From Octopus bimaculoides (lineage: Eukaryota): DNA of 64,000 bases. The DNA lies in contig NC_068984.1 in NCBI RefSeq assembly GCF_001194135.2, forward strand, positions 2,650,340 through 2,714,339. The letters are read 5' to 3'. Below are positions 54,844 through 64,000 of this stretch, piece after piece. The notes under the pieces are model-generated. The model did no database searches. It worked only from the letters and a program-made list of their open reading frames with translations, and had not been told where the DNA came from. The first letter of the stretch is position 1. Every line of letters begins with the position of its first letter. A program made the position numbers and the translations under genes.

Positions 54844-56287
54844 TGTATGTGTCTATGTGATTGTTTCTCGCTGTAAGAGAAACGGATATTTATCGCATTA
54901 ACCCTCGAGTAACTATTTTCTTCAACCTTCTGCTCTATAATTTAAACAAAATAGTTATTCATCCGCGTCATACCGAAACTGTCAACTTATCCAATCACAC
55001 TTCACCCTCTGTATTTCCGGACAACACCTTCCTTTCTATATCTTTCTTGGCAACTCGTACTCGCTTTTGTCTCATGTCTCAAGTATTCTCTGCCAATTTA
55101 ACTTCAAGATAACAATTATTATCAAATATACACTTAATTACCATACTGTTAGATACATATAGATTACACCTCCAGAAGAGCTGACAGCGTACATATGTAT
55201 GTACATATGTGCGTATGAATATGTACGTATATAGTCCCTGTAGCCACTTCCGTACTATAGATTCATAACCGTCTACCACAGACACTGTTGTAGTTTTAGT
55301 TGTTATTGCAAAAACCAAGATGGTAGTGTTTCTTGTGATGTATTATGCCGCTCTGATCTGGCTGGTGCCTTAAGAAGCGATAGTAAAATATTCACACAAT
55401 GTCTGCCAGTTGACAGTAACTCTATCACTCCGATCACTAACGCTATGTATCTTTCTGACAAACTGCTTATTGAGAGATGACCGTGTTGGCTCGTTCAGTC
55501 GTCGAGAGCGAGAGAGGTGGAGAGTTGGATCCCTCTCGAAGTATATTTGTGAAAAAGGAAAAATGCATTAGATAAAATAGCTTTAGATACTTTATACATG
55601 AATAAAAGACGGAATAGCCGTGGCCACAACGCCAGAACTATGCTTGAACAAAGGGGGAAGATCTGGGGTAAGCAAGCTTCCACAGTTGTTGCTGCTTCTG
55701 TTTTTGTAATAGTAATTGGTAGTGAAGCTTCTCTTGCTGCTCTTTGTTTTCTAGTCGTTGTTATTGGTAGTGTTGTTGTTGCTGTGATTGTGGTGTTATC
55801 TGCAGTGCTGGCTTTCTTCCTACTCACTTGTGTTGTAGACGGTCTTCAAGTGTTACTCCCACATGTGTAGCATCTAGGTCTTCCGCAATAACCTGAAGCT
55901 AGAGTCCATACGTCAGTTCAATAAATCAGGAATCTTGACGCATCTTTCCGGTCTTAAATGGATTAAGATCGCCAGCTCAAGCCAGTTTTCTTTTCGATAT
56001 TGTTTTTAAAATAGAGTCGGGTGCTCGACCTTTCTATTCCGATACATGCCATCACCCACAGGATGTTTAATTCTGATGGTTATTGTGTTATTTTGACGTT
56101 TACCATTCGACACCCAAAGTGTATGGAACGGAGGAGTAGATCGTTTGCATACGGAGAGGCAATGCAGTATTTCTAAAGCAGAGTTTCTCTAAGCAGATTC
56201 ATTTCCACACAATTATAACCGCTCAGGAACAAGTCATTAAGATGGATCTGATATAAGCAAAGACCGTCAAAACTCAATCAGACAGCA

Positions 56288-56832
56288 AGTGAAGAATGTG
56301 CAGGAAAGAATACAAAAGTATCAATCATCTCTTGTGTGAGAGCAGTAGCTATCACAGAAATAATGTAAGCACAGACATGACTGTGTAGGTAAAAGAGTGC
56401 ATTCGGATGGTGCTAGAGTGAGAGGCTTCTAAACAACATGAAAGTGGTGTGGACTCGAACCAGAGGCTGTGGAGAAAACGAGAATTACAGGATATTGTGG
56501 GACTTCCCCATAAAGACTGACCACACAACTGAAGTGAGAAGACAAGACATAATTATAAAGGACGAAATAAAGCGTGTAATAGTGTCGATTTTTACAATTC
56601 CTTGTGATAACAGAATGGATAGCAGAGAAAACAAGGCTGAAGGTTACCTAGAGGGTGGAACAGACAGTCGAAGAGCACAATTATTCCTGTGGTAATTGGT
56701 GCACTTGGCACAACACCCAAAATGCTATCTAAAAGACTGAAAGAGATTGGAACTGAGACTTGCACTGTCAACCTGCAGAAAAGTACCATCCTATATTCTG
56801 CCAGAATCCGCAGGCAAATTCTTGAGATTTGA
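56288..56832 (+). mobile_element. R4-clade non-LTR retrotransposon 3' relic (second family)
   Basis: RMCRKEYKSINHLLC..KHRHDCVGKRVH..ENENYRILWDFPIKTDHTTEVRRQDIII..IIPVVIGALGTTPKMLSKRLKEIG..LQKSTILYSARI. Confidence 0.82.
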
Positions 56833-57078
56833 GGTGATTTGTTGTCATGAAACATCAAGATAACATTCCTGCAAAATACAACAACAATTCTTTCTACTCT
56901 CGGTACAGGGTCTGACATTTTATGGGGGTGGGTGTTAACCAGTTAGAGCAATCCTACTGTTTGACTCGAAAGAATGAAAGGCAAACTCAAAATCTGAACA
57001 TAAATCTGGAAGAAATGCCGCTCAGTATTTTATCCGGATAGCACTGTTATTATTATATGTACATAAATACTATATATA

Positions 57079-57470
57079 GGCGCAGGAGTGGCTGTGTGGT
57101 AAGTAGCTTGCTTACCAACCACATGGTCTCGGGTTCAGTCCCACTGCGTGGCACCTTGGGCAGGTGTCTTCTACTATGTTCTCGGGCCGACCAAAGCCTT
57201 GTGAGTGGATTTGGTAGACGGAAACTGGAGGAAGCCCGTCGTATATGTATATATATGTATGTGTGTGTGTTTGTGTGTCTGTTTGTCCCCTCAGCATCGC
57301 TTGACAACCGATGCTGGTGTGTTTACGTCCCCGTAACTTAGCGGTTCGGCAAAAGAGACCGATAGAATAAGTACTAGGCTTACAAAGAATAAGCTCTGGG
57401 GTCGATTTGCTCGATTATAAAGGCAGTGCTCCAGCATGGCCGCAGTCAAATGACAAACAAGTAAAAGAGT
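57079..57470 (+). mobile_element. SINE family A, full length and well preserved (tRNA-derived head, CORE-like segment, internal microsatellite)
   Basis: ggcgcaggagtggctgtgtggtaag (A-box-like), gggttcagtccc (B-box-like), ggcaccttgggcaggtgtcttc (CORE-like), tail ...gcagtcaaatgacaaacaagtaaaagagt. Resembles the octopus OK/OR-type SINEs; exact family not assigned. Confidence 0.92.
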
Positions 57471-58153
57471 ATATACATAATACATATATATAATCTTATA
57501 CACATAAACACACACACACACACACGCATACGTATACATATATATGTATAAACGTGTATATAGAAAACACTATGAAGCGCTCAAATGATTTGAACTTACA
57601 CTCCGAAACCTTTACCGAGGAACAAGTCCACGGAGTAACGAGTGGCTACAGGAACGAACCCAGGTGAGCAGATATGGAGACAGTGATACGAATAACCAAA
57701 TAAGACTGTTTGGGTTTGATACACAAAATACATATACATACATTCATGTAAATGCAGAGAAAGCAAAGGCTAAACATTTCCAGACGATGAATATTCATGT
57801 ATAAATATATCAATATTTATATATCAACAGGGTAAACTGACACACAGTACAAAGATAGAAGATTAAAGGGGAGAAGGTTTATGTATATCTTTGTGAACTA
57901 CATCTGCCAACATTAGGAACCAATTCCGAGCCTCAGAAGCAGCTGTTGGAGATGTAACACCTTTTTACCTTAGAATTCTCTGTCTTTTGTATTCTGTGTA
58001 AGTTTGATCTGTTAACATACAAATATCGATATATATATTTATTCTTCAACATTCATCGTCTGAAACTTTTCAGTCTTTGCTTTCTCTCTACATGTATACA
58101 CGTATGTATATTTTGTATATCTAACCCAAGTTTTCATTTCTTTATCTGCATCA

Positions 58154-58191
<38 letters not shown>

Positions 58192-58770
58192 NNNNNNNNN
58201 NNNNNNNNNNNNNNNNNNNNNNNNNNNNNNNNNNNNNNNNNNNNNNNNNNNNNNNNNNNNNNNNNNNNNNNNNNNNNNNNNNNNNNNNNNNNNNNNNNNN
58301 NNNNNNNNNNNNNNNNNNNNNNNNNNNNNNNNNNNNNNNNNNNNNNNNNNNNNNNNNNNNNNNNNNNNNNNNNNNNNNNNNNNNNNNNNNNNNNNNNNNN
58401 NNNNNNNNNNNNNNNNNNNNNNNNNNNNNNNNNNNNNNNNNNNNNNNNNNNNNNNNNNNNNNNNNNNNNNNNNNNNNNNNNNNNNNNNNNNNNNNNNNNN
58501 NNNNNNNNNNNNNNNNNNNNNNNNNNNNNNNNNNNNNNNNNNNNNNNNNNNNNNNNNNNNNNNNNNNNNNNNNNNNNNNNNNNNNNNNNNNNNNNNNNNN
58601 NNNNNNNNNNNNNNNNNNNNNNNTATATATATATATATATATGAGCGGTAATGGTGTCAATTAGACCCAGAAGTTTCAGGTAATGCTGAGTAAGAATGGA
58701 CAATAGTTAAGCTCCAGGTGCGGTGATTATGCGAATAAGGATCCAACGTAGATCATTTATCAGCGTGTGA

Positions 58771-58901
58771 ATATAAAGATTTACTTTTCGTAATGAGATA
58801 AAAAACCAAGGCTGTGTGTAGTATGGAGCATCTATAAATGTTTGAAGATATACACAGCTTTGGTTTTTTTTTATCTCATTACGAAAACTAAATCCTTATA
58901 T
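58771..58901. mobile_element. ~130-bp MITE-like inverted repeat
   Basis: 58771-58820 pairs with 58849-58901 with about 4 mismatches plus a 3-nt indel in the A/T run. Confidence 0.65.
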
Positions 58902-59489
58902 GTATATATATATATTTAGATATATATATATATATAATGTATACATATATATATATGTGTGTGTGTGTACACGCACACACAGACACACACACACACACTC
59001 ATGCGCGCGTACACACACACACTCATGCGCGCGTACACACACACACACACAAATACACACAAACATACACAATCCATTGCTAAAGTTTGGATGATAAAAC
59101 CTTGTTGACATATCTCTGAATATAGTCGGTCTCTTCATCTAAAATTTTAATATTAAATTCACACAAGTTCGAGCAATGTTTTTCAGTCAAGATTTATAGA
59201 CAGAAAAACCGAGAACTTTTATGACTTACATGTTGGTCATCATGGATGCCAGATTTGATGTTTGGCGACACTAAACCGAATATAACCACGGTTTGTATTG
59301 TCTTGCTTTCTTACTCGCAACATGTTTTCTATAAATGATTTATATATTGTCGCTAGAAACATTCTACCATGTCCAAAGATGATATTTAGAATATCTATAT
59401 GACTGTTTTTATAAACTTTTGTAAATTTTACTTATTATGTTAAACCATTTCTCTTTTTTTTCTCTCTCTCTCTATCTTTCTACTTACCC

Positions 59490-59568
<79 letters not shown>

Positions 59569-60814
59569 CATCCATCTATCTATCTATCTATCTGTCTGTC
59601 TGTCTGTCTGTCTGTTTGTACGTATATATATATATATATANNNNNNNNNNNNNNNNNNNNNNNNNNNNNNNNNNNNNNNNNNNNNNNNNNNNNNNNNNNN
59701 NNNNNNNNNNNNNNNNNNNNNNNNNNNNNNNNNNNNNNNNNNNNNNNNNNNNNNNNNNNNNNNNNNNNNNNNNNNNNNNNNNNNNNNNNNNNNNNNNNNN
59801 NNNNNNNNNNNNNNNNNNNNNNNNNNNNNNNNNNNNNNNNNNNNNNNNNNNNNNNNNNNNNNNNNNNNNNNNNNNNNNNNNNNNNNNNNNNNNNNNNNNN
59901 NNNNNNNNNNNNNNNNNNNNNNNNNNNNNNNNNNNNNNNNNNNNNNNNNNNNNNNNNNNNNNNNNNNNNNNNNNNNNNNNNNNNNNNNNNNNNNNNNNNN
60001 NNNNNNNNNNNNNNNNNNNNNNNNNNNNNNNNNNNNNNNNNNNNNNNNNNNNNNNNNNNNNNNNNNNNNNNNNNNNNNNNNNNNNNNNNNNNNNNNNNNN
60101 NNNNNNNNNNNNNNNNNNNNNNNNNNNNNNNNNNNNNNNNNNNNNNNNNNNNNNNNNNNNNNNNNNNNNNNNNNNNNNNNNNNNNNNNNNNNNNNNNNNN
60201 NNNNNNNNNNNNNNNNNNNNNNNNNGAAAAAGCTTTTATTTAAAAAAACAAAAAAAAACAGACCCTCTCCCCTCCTCGCCTATTCTTCTTCACCCCTTTC
60301 CACACACATCCCAGGAATCCTTTCAAAACTAGATCCCACCCATCTTTTATTACTCACGTTCACTCCTATCCACAAATCATCTCGACTGTCCAGGAACACA
60401 CTCTCTATTCAAAGTTCACTCCACAAGTGGTTCCAGCCCTTATTTAGACATCACTCCCTACTCTCGCCCGCCTAGCTCTCAGCATTGACGGTTTCCAGTG
60501 TCTTTGGTTCAAACTCTGTCTCTTTTACTTCCTCAATTATATTTGCCCCCCCCCCCCTCTGTCGGTCTTCGAATTCCCCAAACCAGTAGTTCTTTCGCCA
60601 TATCTCCTCCTGCATTAACAACATGCATTTCACTTTTATCATCTCTGAAGTCACCATCCTCGCTGAATCCAACACTCAAACCCTTTTGGCCTTTTACACT
60701 CATACCACGCCACCAATGTTGCCAGAAAACGAATCTTTGGCAATTCCAAACTTTTTATACCATCCATCCATCCATACATACATACATACATACATACATA
60801 CATAATACATACAT

Positions 60815-61400
60815 AAAATGTCATCACGGTATTATCTACCGATGAGACATGACGTTGTAGCAAGGACAATTTATAATGAAATCCATTGGAAGGATAATCC
60901 CGAGGACAAAGAAATAAAAAACCCAAGATGGTAGAAGCTATAGCCACTCATAATAAAAAGGAATAATGGTGAAATGTCCTAGTGAAGACCCCAATAAAAT
61001 GTAAGCACAACAGATCTGATATAGTGATTTGGGATTGAGAAGGGAAACTCTGTACTGTTGAGGAAATCAAATGCCCAGCAGATGTTAACATAAAACTGAA
61101 GATCAGTGAAAAAGAGAACACCTACACTGAACTATGGAGACATCTGCAGTTACTCTATCCCGATTATAAGTTCAGGTTAATACCTGTAATTATTGGGGCA
61201 CTGGGATATGTAACACACTGTCTAAATACCACTCTTGAGAAATTAGGCTTCGTAAAGCCATAAAGGAGAAAATTAATTCGAAGACGACAGATCCAATCCA
61301 TCACTGGAACTGTAAAAATCTGTAAAACTTTCCAGGAGTTTATCATTTAAATATATACGAGCATGTCTACATATGCAACAATATGCATGAGAATGCATAT
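60815..61400 (+). mobile_element. 5'-truncated R4/Dong-like retrotransposon (restriction-like endonuclease domain), same family as 13302-14130
   Basis: KMSSRYYLPMRHDVVARTIYNEI..CKHNRSDIVIWD..EEIKCPADVN..KFRLIPVIIGALGYVTHCL..QSITGTVKICKTFQEFII*, with the shared 3' UTR gagcatgtcta.atatgcaac.atatgcatgagaat. Confidence 0.85.
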
Positions 61401-63429
61401 ATAAAACAAAACATACAAATATGCACCTATACATGCATACATACATACATACACATACACACTTCCTCATAATTGACTACTTTGTGGACTGGTAGCCAGT
61501 TCCGTTAGAGGAGCTTTTGTGATTGGTACACGATTCTACGAATTCAGTCCTATACTACTGAATATATATATATATATATATATANNNNNNNNNNNNNNNN
61601 NNNNNNNNNNNNNNNNNNNNNNNNNNNNNNNNNNNNNNNNNNNNNNNNNNNNNNNNNNNNNNNNNNNNNNNNNNNNNNNNNNNNNNNNNNNNNNNNNNNN
61701 NNNNNNNNNNNNNNNNNNNNNNNNNNNNNNNNNNNNNNNNNNNNNNNNNNNNNNNNNNNNNNNNNNNNNNNNNNNNNNNNATATATATACACATACATAT
61801 ATTCAGCAAAAAAGTACGCCGTCTGGTGAGGGATAAATATTGTTTAATTAAAAGTCACGATACATGTATTAAAGTGCTACTAATAGTTTCATATGTTGAA
61901 AGAACTCAAAGACATCCTTCAGGCGCCAGCCACATATCATAACAAACTAAAGAAATTGAATAATAGAAGAAATGCGAAAAAATTGTGTGGAAGCAGCATA
62001 TAGAAAATGCAGACAGTATCGAAATAAAAAGTAAAATTTGCGCGGGCCTCTGAGGTCGATGCAACGATCACACGCTACACACGTTCCTTCCAAGCACTGT
62101 TGTAAACATCGAAAGTGAGCTAGAACATTAAAACTTAGTGGCCATGCATATCAAAGTTCAAGGTCAATCTATGGTAAGCGTCTTCACTCTGCGTACTTGA
62201 GCTTAGTTACTATGGCAACAGACTGGGTACTTATTGATCAGACCTCGTATGTATATATATATANNNNNNNNNNNNNNNNNNNNNNNNNNNNNNNNNNNNN
62301 NNNNNNNNNNNNNNNNNNNNNNNNNNNNNNNNNNNNNNNNNNNNNNNNNNNNNNNNNNNNNNNNNNNNNNNNNNNNNNNNNNNNNNNNNNNNNNNNNNNN
62401 NNNNNNNNNNNNNNATATGTATATATACACACATGTGTATACACACATACACACATAATTTGTTGGCAATGTATTGTGCTTGAGTTTCGATAGGTTATTG
62501 ATTTAAGTGAAATTAGTTTCCATTGATTTGTAAAGGATAATCACATCAGTAATTCGATTTACATATCTGAGAACACATTCCTCATCACACACTCACACAC
62601 AAACACACACACACACACATACACAAACACACTTACATATATACACACTCGCACACGCATTTATGTAAATGCCTACACCTACCCACCCACACATACACAC
62701 ACGCACACACAAATATATCTCTGTACATGTACATATAGGTGCATCCATCAACAGAGAATCTCTCTCACGCACAAATACTCGGACACACACATATAGACAT
62801 ATTCGAATATGAAACGTAAAGCCTGTTTGATACAAATATAATGAGATAAATTTGTTAAGTCATGTTTGGTTTGCGGAATTGTTAAAGAGAAATAATAAAA
62901 CGGAAAGTAACAGTGGTAAGTAGGTTTATAGAGGAGCTGAAAAGGAACTATCTATTGACGTCAATGGCGAATAACTACATACATAAATACATGTACTACG
63001 AACATATATACACATATATATAGCATAAAATATAGGGCGTTTTTGACGTTGCTCTGAAATGCAGTTATGCGAAAAAAAGTGCTCAATATTGTTAAGCAGA
63101 GTGAAATAATATTATTTATCCAAAGATGCGTTTCTATGGATCGCTTCTTGGAGTTTCACGGTTCCGGTGTTTAGGCGACTGGTAATGAGAATTCTAAGGC
63201 TTTCTTATATACATCAGTGATTTCTCAAACAGCTATGGTATACATTCATATGTGTGTGTGTGTGTGTGTGCGTGCGTATGTGTGTGTGTTTGTGCATGCG
63301 TGTATGCATGTATGTATATATACATATATACATATACATAAAGACATATATAAACCTATGTTCCTATTTCTTTCAGCGCTATCTCATTTGCACGAAGAAA
63401 TATCACTTGTTATCGTCAACATATGTACC

Positions 63430-63516
<87 letters not shown>

Positions 63517-64000
63517 ACACACACATCTATAGGAATATCTACGTATGTATATATGTAGATATATAAATTTGATTGCGTTTATACTTACATACATACATAC
63601 ATACATATATGCAAATATACATAATATACACATGCATATATACATATATATATGTGTGTGTGTGTATATGTATAATATATATATATTATATTAAAGGAAA
63701 GAGAGGGGAGTAAGAGATAGTGTGTGTGTGTGTGAGAGAGAGAATATTAGAAAGAAGAAAAAAAATGAAAGCAATGAAGCAAAGAGCTTTTGCCTTTTAT
63801 AATTTTCTTGGTTTGTTAAATTCTCAATTACAAAATGTCGTTTTCAAAAATAAATGAAATTAAAGAAAGCAATCAGCTTTACCGGAACCGGAACACCACC
63901 ACCTATCTGACTCCTCAGATTCATTCGTAGTTATTATAATCAGACTAAAAATTGTTCTATAGACTCATTACTAACTTAGTCGATAGTTGAATAATTTCTT

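Overview
AT-rich, microsatellite-dense eukaryotic draft-assembly window with many N gaps, nearly all flanked by (TA)n, (CA)n or (GA)n. The SINE families look like those of octopus, so a coleoid cephalopod origin is inferred, not proven. I recognise no host protein-coding exon; the listed ORFs are microsatellite read-throughs or decayed transposon fragments. Identifiable content: two tRNA-derived SINE families in many copies, decayed RTE, CR1/Jockey-like and R4-like (restriction-like endonuclease) non-LTR retrotransposons, Penelope-like element (PLE) RT and GIY-YIG relics, two Tc1/mariner relics, a Helitron-like end and two MITE-like hairpins. Main result: about nine minimal type I hammerhead-ribozyme motifs from about five repeat families, mostly in PLE-style inverted structures. 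They share one architecture: short stem I, 7-nt core, usually one extra purine, stem II, GAA, a palindromic stem III and H17. Their cores show three Watson-Crick versions of the tertiary 3:8 pair (C-G, U-A, G-C). One family joins a tRNA-like Pol III head to a hammerhead tail. All folds were parsed by eye and ribozyme activity is untested.
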